Shown here one piece after another: positions 1 to 13,293 of a stretch of 64,000 nt of DNA (positions are counted from its first letter, which is position 1; each line of letters begins with the position of its first letter). The stretch lies in the NCBI GenBank assembly GCA_028534125.1, contig CM052822.1, forward strand, positions 76,384,001-76,448,000, in the 5' to 3' direction. The position numbers and the translations under genes are program-made. The notes below the pieces were generated by a model. It was not told the DNA's origin, did no database searches, and was given only the letters and a program-made list of their open reading frames with translations. This stretch comes from Lama glama. Lineage: Eukaryota.

Positions 1-475
1 ATAATCCTGCTACACTGGAAGGTTCTTACCACGTGTCACGGGAGCCCAGTGGAGGGGATGGCTTCCTGCAGGAGCAGCCAGCAAAGCGGCTTGGAAGGTG
101 GCTTGGGACCGAGGCTCGAGTGACCGCCCCCTGTTCCTGCCAGCGACGGCCACGTGGGGCTGTGTCTGGAGAGTCAAAAGTAGGTTGTTGGGGTCTGGAC
201 CAAATGGACTGCCTTGTATAACGATGCTGTATGTCATTAGAATGATCTAAAAACGCACGCTTCTAACTGGGCGCATTGGAGCACAGTGTTAGGAAGGCGC
301 GCCCTGACCCCAGGGGCCTGGCCCCTGCTGTCCGTCCTTGGTGGCTCTCCCGCGGAGCCACGTGTGCAGGGTCCCCACGAGCAAATGTCACGAAGACTTG
401 GTTCTCTTTTGTTTTCAGCCAAACTAACCTGTTCTTTCTGTTTCTCCTCTGGTCTCTCTTCTCTACCCGACGCAG

Positions 476-523
476 GTCCTGGGGTCCCCACGGTGACCGT
501 ACACAACACCACAGACAAGAAAA
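476..523 (+). CDS. DPP6: DPP6 internal coding exon (first in window): (G)PGVPTVTVHNTTDKK
   Basis: Polypyrimidine tract and CAG acceptor end at 475; donor GTAAGT at 524. 48 bp, phase 1/1. Peptide matches recalled DPP6 GPGVPMVTVHNTTDKK. Confidence 0.95.
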
Positions 524-2204
524 GTAAGTGCTTTTTGGTCTTTTCTGAAATCTCGCTGCGACTCGGGAGGAAAGAAGCAGAGCTGTGTGAGCTCACCCAG
601 GCACACAGTCTGTTTGGAGACAGGGATGGGCCATGTCCTGGTGGCTCAGAGTCAACCCCGCCACCACCCACGCTGGTTAGCATGATGGAAGTGGAGGTCC
701 CCGACCCCACCGGTGCCAAGGCCTCGTCTACGACGCTGAGCCGGGCACACAGCCCCGTGACCAGAGCGGCCAGCGTGGGCTCCTGAGGCCCGGCCCTGCC
801 CACATCCTCCCTCCTCTGGACCCTCGCACTGGGGCAGGGCCCCTGGGCGCTCTGAGCGCATGTCTCTGTGGGTCTGGGGGCATCGTCATGGCACTGATGT
901 GAGGCGGGGGCTTCACGTTCATGCGGCTGCTGGAAACTTTCCAGGGGCTCTTGAGGGCCCCACGCACTCTGGGGTAGACGTGTGTACGTGTGTATTTACG
1001 CAAAAAAATGGAAATGATGTTGCAGTCCCAGGCAGACCCTCCATCAGGCTGCGAAGTAGAGAGCTTGACCTGGTCCCTTTCTCAGCCTTACTCTGCCCGA
1101 GTGCACGAGGAATCCTGAGCCTTTCCTTTCCTTTCCTTGGTCCCCCACTCCTTCCCACAGTGCCACCCCCTTGGGTACCGCCGTCCCTGGCAGGACCCTG
1201 CTCAGTGTCCCCCCTCTGCACGGGGAGTCGGGCCCCAGGGCGGCCTTTGCAGTCCCCGCAGGAAGCCATCTGCCTCTTATCTCGGTGGAGAGTTTCAGGG
1301 GTTCCCCGAGGAGAGCCGGTTAGAGGAGAGTCTTGAAAAGGAGAGCTCCAGAAGCATTCAGACACGGGTTAAAAAGTGGTTAAAGTGTCCAAAAGTGGAT
1401 AAAACAGATTTAAAGAGGTGGAATTTAGAAATATTCCCAGGTAACGCTAATATTCTGCAAAACTGTCAGATCATTGCTGGACGCCCGGAACTAAAGGTAA
1501 GCAGTGATACAGTCAAAAGTAAATAAATAATTTAAATGCAAAGAAAAAAAGGCCCACCAAAACGGACGCCAGGATGGATATGAAGGCCGCTCAGAATCCT
1601 CGTGTGACACCCATGGGTACACGGATGGGGGGCCGGCAGGGCGCGTCCTTCTAGCATCCTCCCCGGGCTCGGGGGCAAGTTCTCTAGGTCAGGAGAGGCG
1701 CCCAGCCTCCGGCCTCTGCTCCAGCACAGCTGGGACCGTCCTGGGGGCAGTGAGATTTGGGGGTCTGGCCATATGTCCGAGAGAGGCAGGGACCCCCAGG
1801 GCTGGAGAGCAATGGTCTGTGCTGCTCACCCGTGGGCGGAGGGCGTGGAAGAGGAGGCCGGCCCGCCAGGGCGGGTGGACCCCCAAACAGGGCACAGCCC
1901 GGAGGGGCTGCAGACACCCCCCCAGCGCAATAGGCCTCTTTTAAAGTTCTTCATCTTAGCTGTAGTTTTCACTTTAAAAAACAGAAACTTTTCATACACC
2001 ATCAACTAGGGAAATTTTTTTTTCTTTAAAAATGTGTATTATTCATTTTGAATATCTGTTAAAACTTAAGAGTACATAGATAATTTCCTAATATTTTATG
2101 AAGTTTTTTCCTCCTTAAAAACCTGTAGCCTGATGAAAATTGGGTGAGATGTACGGTTCCTGCATTGCACCAACGTCAGTGTCCTGTCTAGATATTGTAC
2201 TAGA

Positions 2205-2580
2205 GCGATCACACTACAGTCATCACACTATAGTCATCGCACCTCAGTCATCACACTACAGCCATCACACTAGTCATCACACTACAGTGACTACCCTACA
2301 GTCATCACACCATAGCCATCACACTACAGCCATCTCACTACAGTGACTATGCTACAGCCATCACACCACAGTCAGCACACCGCAGTCATCACACTGCAGT
2401 GAGCACGCTACAGTCATCACACTACAGCTGTCACAGTACAGTCATCGCATCGCAGCCATCACACTACAGCCGTTCCACTACGGTGACTACAGTCATTATC
2501 ACGCCACAATTATTGTGCCATGGTTGTCACACCGCTGTCACTGCAGTACAGTGATCACACTGCGGTGCTCACACTACAGG
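2205..2580. repeat. Degenerate minisatellite, about 14-bp unit CATCACACTACAGT/C
   Basis: Repeated catcacactacagt, catcacactatagt and catcacaccacagt units, decaying towards the 3' end. Confidence 0.9.
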
Positions 2581-3307
2581 CAGCATGTGGGAACAGAGGG
2601 AGGGGGTGGAGGCTCGTGGGACATTTTCCTGCTCTTGGGCCTCAGAATCCTTAACCGTGATCACATCCAGGCCTGAATGTGGCTGAAAGGCAAACTGCGT
2701 TCTTAAAAGGTAGGCACGGGGTTAACCCCATGACTTGGACAGAGTAACAGGACTCTCCAAAGAAGTGAAAGTATTTAAGTGATGGCTTTCTTAAGTGGGT
2801 CACATCTAGTTTTTAAATTGCCAATTCATAGGAAGTTTCCAAAACAGTGCACTGAGCTCTGTGCTACCCCAGCAGTGACCTCCCCCTGTTCCCACACGCT
2901 GGATAAAGTCACCGTCATTCTCCTAAGGCCCACCACGTGTGAGTGAAAATGAAAAAGGTGTGTATCTCAGACATGTCTGAACACACCAATACAATATTTC
3001 ATTTGTTCTATTTATAAGATAAAGAAACACAGGGGGTCCGTGCGGCGCTCTTGAGAGAGCTCAGGGGAGCTTTGCCAGGGCCCTCCAGCAGGGCAGGACT
3101 TGCCGCCCCCGAGCCTGAGAAGCTGCCCAGCTCTCCTGGGCAGCCGAGCGTCCACCTCCTCCCACTGTTGGCGGGAGCTGCGGGAGCCAGGCAGCCCAGG
3201 CCGTGCCGTGGGCCGTAGTCTGCGGCACCGCTCCCGACAGCGGTGTTTTGAAGAAGCGTCTGTCTGCAGGTGGCCCGCCCTCCCGTGCTGCACTCCCAGC
3301 AGCAAAG

Positions 3308-3343
3308 GGACGGGACCAGGGGGACGGGACCAGGGGGACGGGA
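3308..3343. repeat. Short 14-bp tandem repeat GGGACGGGACCAGG, about 2.5 copies
   Basis: gggacgggaccagggggacgggaccagggggacggga read directly. Confidence 0.75.
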
Positions 3344-4394
3344 GGTGAGCAGCAGTAGCTCCCGGGAGGAGGCTGCCTTGTACGGGGTGTCCCGTTCCTC
3401 TCCGTGACATGTCACAGCAGACCTGCAGGGGACACCCTAGTGCTTCCTCTCAGCTGAGCGCTGGCTGACAGGACAGGACAGCACTCACGTCCTGTGACAG
3501 CGTGTGGCGTTCTCTCCCGTCACCTTTGCTTTCCAAGCCTCTGCGTATGTTAGAGTCGAGCTCCGGAGCCTAGTTCAGCTTCGGGAGGCGCTTCCTCCTG
3601 GCTTTGCCTGTTTCTGCGTTTATAGTTCTCAGTGCAGAACAGGACGTCAGAATTGTTTGGACGTTTGACGTAAGCCACCAAAGTAAGTTGGAAGGTGAGT
3701 GATGACTGCGGCTGTGCTGGTGTGGTACCCACCGCCCCAGAGAACACGGGTGTTTGTGTTTGGGGTCTGACTGAGCTCAGACGCGGTGGCTTGAGCGGCG
3801 CCAGGAAGACGCTCCCCGCCCATCCCCCCCACCCAGCAGGTGCCGGAAATAGCCTCGCAGAGCCATCCCCACGGGCCGGGACGCACACCTGCGCGAAGGC
3901 TTCTTTTAAAATATGGAAATCTCTTACATCCGTTGGGTTTGCATTTGGGCAAGTGTGACAGGAAACTCCAGGTAGCAGCTGTTCAAACTGGGCGGAAGGC
4001 GTTTCCCTCCATGTGCCGCTCAGGGCTGCAGTGGCCACTTCGTAATTGTCACCCCCCCACCTGCCCCGCCCAGCGCATGTCAGCATGTAGCTGTCACCCT
4101 CCAGGGTGCTTCGTAGTGCAGAGTGGCCTCGCACCTGCACTCTAGGCTGGAAGACAGAGAAAGGGTCACGCACAAGGGTGACTCCGGTGATGGGGGCAGT
4201 CCCTCCGCTGTCTTCCTGAGGAGCCGCCGACACTTCTGCTTCCATCTCCCTGGTTATGACTCAGCCGTGTGTCCGGGCCTGGCTGCCAGGAGCGCTGGGT
4301 AGTGTCTTTGATCTGGGCTCCCCGCCACCTCGAAGTCAGGAGGCCATCACTGAGTGATGACAGCTGCCCTGACCACCACCGCGATCTCAGTGGC

Positions 4395-4810
4395 TCTGTG
4401 TGTGGCTTCTGGGGGCTGCGGGAGCCCACAAGGGGCTTACAACGGCGAAGTGTGCTGTGCCCAGTTCTGAGGTGCGGGTCCCAGCTCACAGGGTCTGCAG
4501 GGGTCTTCCTTCTGAGGCTGGTGGGAGAAGCTGTCCCGGCCCTCCCAGCGACTGCGGGCTGGCTGGCCGCCTTTAGCGTCCTTGGCTTGGGAGACATTGC
4601 CCGGTCTCTCCGGCTTCGTGTGTGCAGGTCTGTGTCCACATCGACCCGTCTCACGAGGACACCAGTCACATTGGATCAGGGCCCATCCGTGGCCTCAGTC
4701 TAACTTGACTTGCTCCGCAAAGACCCCATTTCCAGACGAGGTCACCCTCACAGGTCCTGAGGGCCGGGGCTTCAGCGTCTTTTGTGGGGACACGATTCCA
4801 GCCAACACAG
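4395..4810. mobile_element. MLT1-type MaLR LTR remnant
   Basis: Recognisable MLT1 blocks: aggacaccagtcacattggatcagggccc, aaagaccccatttccagacgaggtcac, ggggacacgattccagccaacaca. Confidence 0.7.
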
Positions 4811-6038
4811 CAGAGCACGGGCTCCATTCCACCCGCGCAGAGTGCAGGCGGGTCCTCCTGGCGCTCCGGGGAGGGGGGGGCCGGGACTGCAGGTTCCTTC
4901 CAGAGTGTGGCCCCAGGCTCTCCAAGGGCCGGGCTTGTGGCCCTGTGGGTGGGAAGAGGGAAAATGAGAAGACTTTGTGGGATTTTTGTGTCGAGACCTC
5001 GAAGTGGCACAGCCCCATCTGCCCGACCTCCCTCACATGGGCCCCCGACGGCACGAGGGTCCGCGTGCCTGGGAAGGAGGGGAGACTGACGGGGTCCCGG
5101 CCACCGTCGCAGGAAAGGGGAAGGAGACCGAATCCAGGAGGCAAGTCCCTGAGAGGAGTGATCTCGTGGGTAATTACTGGCCGTTTTCGTGTTGGTTCCT
5201 TTGCTCTGAGCGAGCTTGTGAGAGAGTTCCCGTGTACCGGACCATGAAGGTCCAGGACTAAGACAGGTCGCCAAAAGGGGGACCCCACCAACAAAGATTC
5301 TCTGACTGTGGCTGCGAGCACCAGGGCCAGCAGGAGCCAGTAGGAGGAGGGACCACACAGGGGAGAGGGGCTGGTGTAGACGCCTAAGATCTGACACCTG
5401 AACCTGCACTTAAAGGGCTTAGAACCACTTAGGACATAAAAGACATGAAGACACAGGACAGAAAGTGCAATGATTCACGCAGACGTCCAGGAGAAGCCAT
5501 GAAGACTTAACGCATTAATTAGTGACGGCTTTGGGTTCTGGGCCCTTGCCAAACCCAGGGACGCGGTCCCAGCCGACCTGCAGGAATAGACCGACCTGGA
5601 CCTAAGGCTTCAGAGAAGATTGTCAGGGTCCTTCAGATGTGGCAGGGATTTGAGTGCAGGTTACCCTGGGTTTTTTTTTAAATTATTGTCTTCATTTTCC
5701 CTGCACTGCTGTGGAAAACAGCTGCTTCTCTGAGACATCTCTGTGGAAAGTATCATATCAGAGAAATGAGTTTCCTGCTGCCCATCGTGGCCCAGCCCCA
5801 AACGCAGAAGCGCAAGGTTTGCAGCTGGCTGGAGCTAAAGTGATGAGGGACCCACCGCTGTCCCCTCACCCAGCAAGGCTGCAGGGCGCTCCCCCGCCCT
5901 CCCCTCACCAGTTTCACACAAACCTCGCCCTCCGTCTGCTTTCCGCTGCCCCTCTGGGGCTGTGTCCCCACACTTCTGCTTCACTGCTCCTTTGTCCCAA
6001 GTCTGTCTGCAGCTGCAGACCAGCGCCTGCTGCCCTGA

Positions 6039-6196
6039 CCCTGGCGGATGCGCTCACACCCCTCTGCTGCCCGAGCACCCCGGCGGGTGCGCTCACACCC
6101 GTCTGCTGCCCGAGCACCCCTGGCAGGTGCGCTCACACCCCTCTGCTGCCCGAGCACCCCTGGCAGGTGTGCTCACACCCCTCTGCTGCCCAAGCG
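6039..6196. repeat. 40-bp minisatellite, about 4 copies (GGTGCGCTCACACCCCTCTGCTGCCCGAGCACCCCTGGCA)
   Basis: Near-identical units starting at about 6046, 6086, 6126 and 6166. Confidence 0.93.
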
Positions 6197-9100
6197 AGTG
6201 TCTGGTAATCGAGTGTCTTCCAGACCTGAACAATAAGCAGACACTGTCTAAAGGAAAAGCAACTGAGGCTGACTATATGTCTGTGGACCCCAGTTTAAGA
6301 ACATGAGCTTAACCCCACATCCTAGTTCCTAGAAAATGTATTTCAATCCCAAACGGGCACAGCAAAAGAGAATCTTTATACTTTTGGTCAGGAGAAGAAT
6401 TGAACTTTTGCTTATCATTAAAATGACCAAAAAATAATTTGATTCTCAGTAACAGGTGCCCATTTTTGGAACGATGGGCGGATGCCTGCCCAGTGGTGAC
6501 TTACTAGTTGACGACACTGGGAGTGTGGGACGCTGTGCATCCCGGGGCTCAGGGCAGAAAACGAAGGACCCATTTTGTTCTGGGAATCAGAGGTTTTAGA
6601 GTAAATTGATGTCAGGCAACAAATCAAGCCTCTTCGTTTTGAAGTCTGGAAGCCGGCGCCCCCGGGGCTGCGGTCTCTGCTCCACGTCACACAGTTCACG
6701 GGGCGAGGCCTGTCCTTTCTCCCAGCTTATTGTCTTCTGCAAAAACTATGTACGTCGGTCCTGCCTGGTTGTCAGCCCTCAGCGGAGCGCCCCCCGGCTC
6801 CCCTATCTGGGAATAACCCGAAATCCCCACCCTCTGTGTGTGTGGCAGGTGCCAGACCCCAAGGCCTTGGCACCCCACTTCTGGGGGTTACGATCACCAT
6901 GGGTACAGTCAGCTGGTGCGAGACGAAGCCCGTCCACCTCCATCCTTGCCCCCCGCCCGTGACCCCGCGAGGAAGCACGTGCAGCCTCAGCCCCGCCCCA
7001 GGAAAGAAAATCGAGGTTCAAGTGGCGAGAATCCTGACCGCTCAGACTGCTTCTTCTGGAATTCTGACTGTTCAGGAGCAGATAATCTCAACAAGAGGAG
7101 AAAGCGGGAAGAAGCAGGAAGAGGGAGGAAGGGAGAGACGGAAAACAGCGAGAAGTCGGTCGCACAGGGGATGCTCCAGTGAGCTCAGGGGTTTAAAAGT
7201 CTAACTAGAATGTTCATTCTTCAGTCATTCAGCCTGGCCGTGGGCCTCATGCTGGGCAGGTGCCAGTCACCGGGCTGGGTCTCAAGGAGACTCTGACTTG
7301 CAAATAGTGATCTGAGCGGCAGACCCCACCCTGGACCCCAAGCCTGAGCCACCTGGGAAATTAGAGCTGGAAGTTGCAGGTCCTGATAGCAAGTCAAACC
7401 CAGAGCTGAGCCAGCCTCTGGGCATCGGCGCTGGGAAGCCTGCGGGGGTTTCCTTTGTGTGTTTAACTTCTGACGCGTCTGATTTCGGCCCACGGGGCCT
7501 CCTGGCCTGTCTCGTCCCCAGCTTCATCCCCCCGGAACAGAATGCCCTCAGGTTTTGGTTTGTCTGTCAGACTGGGTGGGCCCCTCTCGGGTGAGGGGTG
7601 CTGTCAGCGCCCAGGGCCCGGGCCTGGCTGAGGTGCGATGGGCCCATCGAAGCCTCCCGGCGCCTCTGCCCGCACTCGGATCAGGGTGCGTCGCCTGCAG
7701 GGCCAGATGGCTCTCAGACCAGCCTTCGGGCCTCAGGTGTATGTCACACTGGCTCTGCTCTTCATGGGTGAAAAGTCGCGCTCAGGCCTGGCTGGCCACG
7801 GGGCCCCACTGGAAAAATTCCAGGAGCGTCATGTAGGCAGATGGTGTTCGTCCCCACCTGCACGGACTGCCCTGCCTGTGGTCCTGTGAGATCCGGGCCC
7901 CGCCAGGCCCACGCCACGGGTGCTGGTCCTACACGGGGATGCATCCTGAATATCTCAGGGAGACAAGACTGGTTTGGGGCCCGGAGGAAGGCTGGAGGCC
8001 TGGGAGTGATGGTGGCAGCAGTGGTGAGCGCAGCCACACCGCAGAGCCCTGGTCATGGCTGTGCGGCTGTAGATTCTCCGTGTCTGATCTCATGTCCCCT
8101 CGTCACAGCCTGTGAGGCAGAAGCTCGGCCTTGCGCCCAGCCTGGGCAGTGGAGGAGGGACACCAAACTCTGAAACAGTCATTTCAAATTTCAGAGCAGG
8201 GCAGAATTCAGCCCCCTGACCCAGAGCCGCCCCCGGAACACTTGACTTCCTTCCCTTTAGAAAATCTTGTCTACAGCCAGAGCCTGCAGGGGTCATGGAC
8301 GTGCCTCGGAATCACTTAGAAGCCGCCTCCTCAAGAGCATAATTGTGGTTGGGACCGAAGCATTCAGACAGCTCATGTGACGGGTCGAGAAGCAACACAC
8401 CCACGTCAGTAGTTGCCGGCTTTGAGGCGAGTGTGGAAGGGGCGTGACCTCGGGGTGCGGACACAATTCGGGGGAGGGCTGTGAGCCCCCGACTCCCCCC
8501 TCCAGCGCCGCCTGCAGGACAAAGTGGCCGCGGGTTGGGTCAGTGCGGGGGCGTGTGGACGGCGCCCACAGTGCCCGGCAGCTGCTCGTGGGCCGCCCGG
8601 CGCGGCTCCTGCCCGGGAACTCCTGCCCAGGCCTCTGTGTGCTACCTTCTTCTGCCGGGGGACCGCCTCCCACGGCCGGGTGGAGCCACAGCGGTTCTTT
8701 TTTGTGATGATGCCAGGTGCAGGCTGGGTGCGCCCGGCCCCTTCTCACACGGCTCTCTGCCTGGGAGCCACCCCTGCCCCTCCCCGTCTTCCTCCGAGTG
8801 ACACGCCCCCCTGAGGGGCATCACCTGTCCCGTCAGTCTCCTGAGGACAGGTAGGAGGGACGACAGGCCAGGAGATGCCAGGAGGTGTCGGCAGGTGTGT
8901 GGCCGGTTCGCCAAGCCCTCAGTGCCCGTGTGTCTGAGGAGTCTCCTGGATCCTGAGGCCCCGCACACAGGCAGCCCTTCTGAAGGAACTGAGTGGTGAT
9001 CGGGCTTGCAGACGGCTCATTCTCAGCCAAAACACGGGCAGTTCGGGGCAAGCTGGCGTTTGACTAATGTAGAGTGTGGAGTGAACGAAGCACATGGCAC

Positions 9101-11439
9101 CTTTCGCCCCTCGGGGGCGCCTCCCTCAGCCCCCGCCATCTCCTGGGACTCGGCAGGGCTGCCGGCAGGTCTGCGGCTCAGTGCCCACTGTTGCCCCTTC
9201 CTGAGGGGGAACAGAGGTGACAGGGCAGGGGCCGCGTCCGTCCACGCTGCACACAGCCCCTCCGCACGACCCCTGCTTGCCTGCCCATACGGCCGATACC
9301 ACAGAGGACCAGAGTGAATGCACTTACATCACCCTGCCTCCACGCTGCCTAGAATCCACCTGGAGAGAAAGATGGACACAGCGAAAAGAACAGTTATTAC
9401 CCAAACTGTGTGACTCTGACTCTGACAGTTGGGAGTTCGGAGAAGGGTGGTCTCCAGCTGAGGGAGGCATCTGGAAAGCCTGGATCCAGTCTGAGCCGCG
9501 TAGTCCTGGGGTGGTGTCGGGGATGTCACAGTCTCTGAACTGGGAGGACAGGGTCCTGGCACCACGGGGACAGGCGCACAAAAGGAAGCTGTCTGAAATA
9601 CAACCAGAGAGGACTGGAGCATGAGAGGCACCGGAAACCCAGGCGGGCGGGCTGACGCAGGCGGCAGGGCAGGGCTGCCCAGCCCGCGTGTCCCTGTGCA
9701 GGTTCAGTCCCACCTCCCACGTCCTGCAGAAATGGGAGAAAGGGCGCAGACAGAAGTGCTTTCCTTTGGGTCAGCTGCCTCTTGGCTTCTCGTCACTAAT
9801 TCCCCAAAATTCAGCCCAGTGGCGATTCCACCGATGACTGGAACCAGCAATGTCTCAGAACAGCCACGCGGCGTCTGCCCACCGGGACACAGCCGGGGAG
9901 GCGGCCCCCGTGAGCCTGCAGCCTCACTGTGTCCAGATCTGATAATAGCTAATTCCACCAAATATTAGAGGGGCTCACATTTAATTAAGGAGTGGCCCTT
10001 TGTATGCTCCAGCCTGGAGGCCCCCACAGCCCCAAAGTCAAAAGAAGAACCCTAGGGGAGCAAGCCAGGCTTTTCTTATGTCCTCTGCCGAGCTGCTCCC
10101 CTCTTGGAATGCAATTATGGGAACAAATAAAATGGCTTAACTCGACTCCCCTGTGGGGCAGCCAGCTCTCTGCTGATAAAACCAGTTTTGTGGGCAATCA
10201 TTCAATGAGAAATCTAATATTTAACTAAATTTAATAGTCTGCTGCCTTGGTGCTATTCTGCAGAGGGTGGGATGTCAGCGCAGAGGGACTCGCTATTCAG
10301 ACTCTGTCTGTGGAGGCCGCGTGCGCTTAGGGCGTGATGTGCGCTCCCGCCCAAAGCTGCGGCTCCAAGGTCCGGGAAGTGGCCACGCCGTGTTTCGTGG
10401 CAAGTCTGCGTTAACTCCAGGCCCGCCCGGCTCACAGGGCGCGGCAGAGCACAGCTGCCGCAGCGTGGAGTCTCTCCTGCAGGACCAGCAGGCGAGATCA
10501 CCGCTGTCAGAAACAGCGAGTCCCAAGGCCACACGGGGAGAGAAGAGCGAGTCGTGGCCAACCTCAAGAGGCTGTTCTGTTCTCTTTCACTGACATGTGG
10601 GCGCCGGGCCGGCCCAGCTGGAGCCCTGCCCGGCCCCTGGAAGCAGAGGCCCGGCGCTGCCTCCCCGACGGCACAGGCCCCACCCTCGGCAGTGGAGACG
10701 TTCCTCTGGTGCTTCTGCTGACCCCTCGTCCTTGCAGATTTCCTTTTCTCTAGTCGGACCCATGGCCACGCACCCTGGGCCCCTTGCCTGTCTCCACCCG
10801 GCTTACCTCGTAGGCAGGCAGAGAGGCAGGGCCAGACCGCAGCCTGGGGGGGCTGAGGCTTCCTGAAGCCCCGTAAGATCCATCCTCTGGCTCGTGCGAT
10901 GCACCTGCGTTTTGGTGGCATCAGTGCATTTCCTCGGTTCCCGGAATTAACTGAATCGTAACTTGGTGTCTCATCAGTCCTTCCAGCACTGGAAACTTTT
11001 CAGTCAACTTAGTGAATATGTGTTTTGGTTTCATTTTGGTTTGCCTTCTGCGGGAAGCACTGGTTCATAATCAGCCCTCAGTTGCTTCAACTCTTACCCA
11101 CCAAGAGGTCCGAATGCCAGGACCCTCTGAGAGCCTCAGGCTTCCTGAAACACCCAGGAGGGCCTCTCAGTCTTTTCTAGGTTCTTCTCCATCAGAGACC
11201 TTCTTGGGGCTGTGAAGGAGGGGGCGTGTGGAAACAAGAAAGATTGGGTCAAACCCCAACCTCAACCACTGTGAAGATGAGTCATTTCCAAGATATGAAT
11301 CGGATTTCCACAAACAGACCTATGCATGTTCCTGGAAACTAGCTGTTTTGTCCCCGGGATGGGACTGAATGCTTGTGCCTTGGATGGGCGCTGGAGGGGA
11401 GGCAGCTGGGAAAGTGACCAAACCGCTTGGAGTTGGTGT

Positions 11440-11580
11440 TAAGTGTCCCTGGGGAGGGGTACTTGAGATGGGTGGTCAGGTCTTCCTTTTGAGGAGGTGA
11501 CTTTGACTTGATGGAGGAGAGGGAGCCAGCAACATTCATAGGACAGCAAGTGCAAAGGCCCTGAGGCAGCAAAGAGCTTG
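11440..11580. mobile_element. L2 LINE fragment
   Basis: Typical L2 strings gaggaggtgactttga and acagcaagtgcaaaggccctgaggcag...gagcttg. Confidence 0.6.
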
Positions 11581-13194
11581 AAAAATGCTATTCTTTTCAT
11601 CATCTTGTGCAGCTCCCTTCTAGTCTTCCCACCCCATAAATATGAATGGAACGTGGAGAATAAACAGCCACCATTTCATAAGCCAACTTCTCTTCACTAC
11701 TGCGTGTGCCTGGAATGCTGTGTTAGAGGCGGAGGGCGTTTGGACTCAGGGAAGCGCGTGCTGTCTCTGCTTGTTAGGAGTGCCGGCAGCAGAGGGGCGT
11801 GCGCACCACCCTGGGGTCGGGCGTCCCCTCCCTGACACACATGTGACCGCCAGGCGGAGGGTGCCGTCTCTGGGCTGCGTCTCCTGGTCTCGGAGTTGAG
11901 GTCCAGTCTGCTTGGACCTCATGCACATCCCTTGCAGGCGCAGCTGTCCTTTCCAGCGTGGTACAAAGGACACCACTTCTTGTGTGATGTGGGGGGGGGT
12001 CCGACTTCAGATTTTTAAAACTCTGCCCACTTGGCTAGTTTCACCGTTTCTCCCCTCACGTGTTCATCAAAGCGATACATCCAAAGCCGTGTCCAACAAC
12101 TTGTAAAACATTTTCTGTTTTGTTTATTTGCTTGTCCCAAGCCCTGGGGACTTTCACCTGCCTCTGGTCCTGCTCAGAAGCCGTCCCTGGGTCCTTAAGC
12201 CATGTTGGTAGAGCAGTGGCCTGACATAAAACCCTGAGCAGTGACTCACCGGCAGGGCCTCGAGGCGCACACACCTCACAGCGCCCGTTCCTAAAGGCAC
12301 TTCTCATGGGGGACGGTTGTGAGATTCGTTTATTCTTTAAAATGTTCGGGAATGTTTCAGAGTGACTTGTCCAGCCAAAGGTAGAGCCCCTTGAAGACAG
12401 AATTTCCTTTCAAACGAACCACAAGTTGTCCCCACAGGCAGGGTGGTGGTGAGAAAGGAGAAGCCGAAAGGGTCCTGTTCCGTGTTGGACGGTGGAGCAA
12501 GGCGGGGAGCCGTCTCCGCAGGAGAGCAGTGGTGTGGGCTGATGTGGGCAGAGGGACAGTGGGGGCCTTTGTGCGTTGTTACAGCCTCAGGAGCGAAGAG
12601 CCGGTACGTCTAAGGTGCAGATCAGAATGGAGCCGCCTGTCTGACTCGAAGCAATAAGGGCCAGGGCCCCTCCTCGGCAGACGCGGCTCCCGGGGCCACT
12701 GTCAGTTCCAGCAACCGTCCAAACCCAGGTCTCCAAAGCCAGACCACCTTACGATTAGGACAGAGATCTGAATCCGTCCACTTTTCCGGAAGGTGTCACC
12801 AGGTCCCACTCCAGCTTCTGCTGTCCTTTCCATGGTGGTGTTGTGGCCGCTCTGTTTGGAAAGCCCCTTGGTCTGACAGATACGTGAAGCTGGCTTCCCC
12901 AAACCAGCAGTCTGGAGATCAGACATGCCCAAACCGACCCGTGTCCGTGGGAAAGGCCATGGGTGGCGAACATCGCTGGGGGCAGGGGCGCCGGCCACCC
13001 CCCTGATCTGCACTAGTCTCTCCCCTTGTCCCGTGACCCAGCACGCCATCTCGGCTCTGCCTTCCTTGATTCCTGCAGGGGAAGAAGCAGGTGTCCCCTG
13101 CAGGGCTGAGGTGGGCGTGAGTGACAGGCGGCACTTGAGCACTCGGGGCTTCAGTAATGTTGCTGATGCTAAATGTGTCATTTTTTTCTTTCAG

Positions 13195-13293
13195 AAATTT
13201 TTGACCTAGAAACAAATGAACACGTGCAGAAAGCCGTGAACGACCGCCAGATGCCTAGAGTAGAATACAAGAAAATCGAGATTGATGATTACA
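13195..13293 (+). CDS. DPP6: DPP6 exon: (K)[32 protein letters not shown]
   Basis: tttttttctttcag acceptor and GTAAGT donor. 99 bp, in frame with both neighbours. Confidence 0.96.

Noticed and set aside
2140-2346. His/Ser/Thr-rich ORF
   Set aside because: Translation of the 14-bp minisatellite.
4960-5630. Possible ERV internal/PBS-like segment
   Set aside because: The resemblance is too vague to assign family or boundaries without RepeatMasker.
6039-6196. Repeat arrays (also 30631-30748) as CRISPR-like
   Set aside because: Head-to-tail tandem units without unique spacers, in a mammalian intron, with no cas genes.
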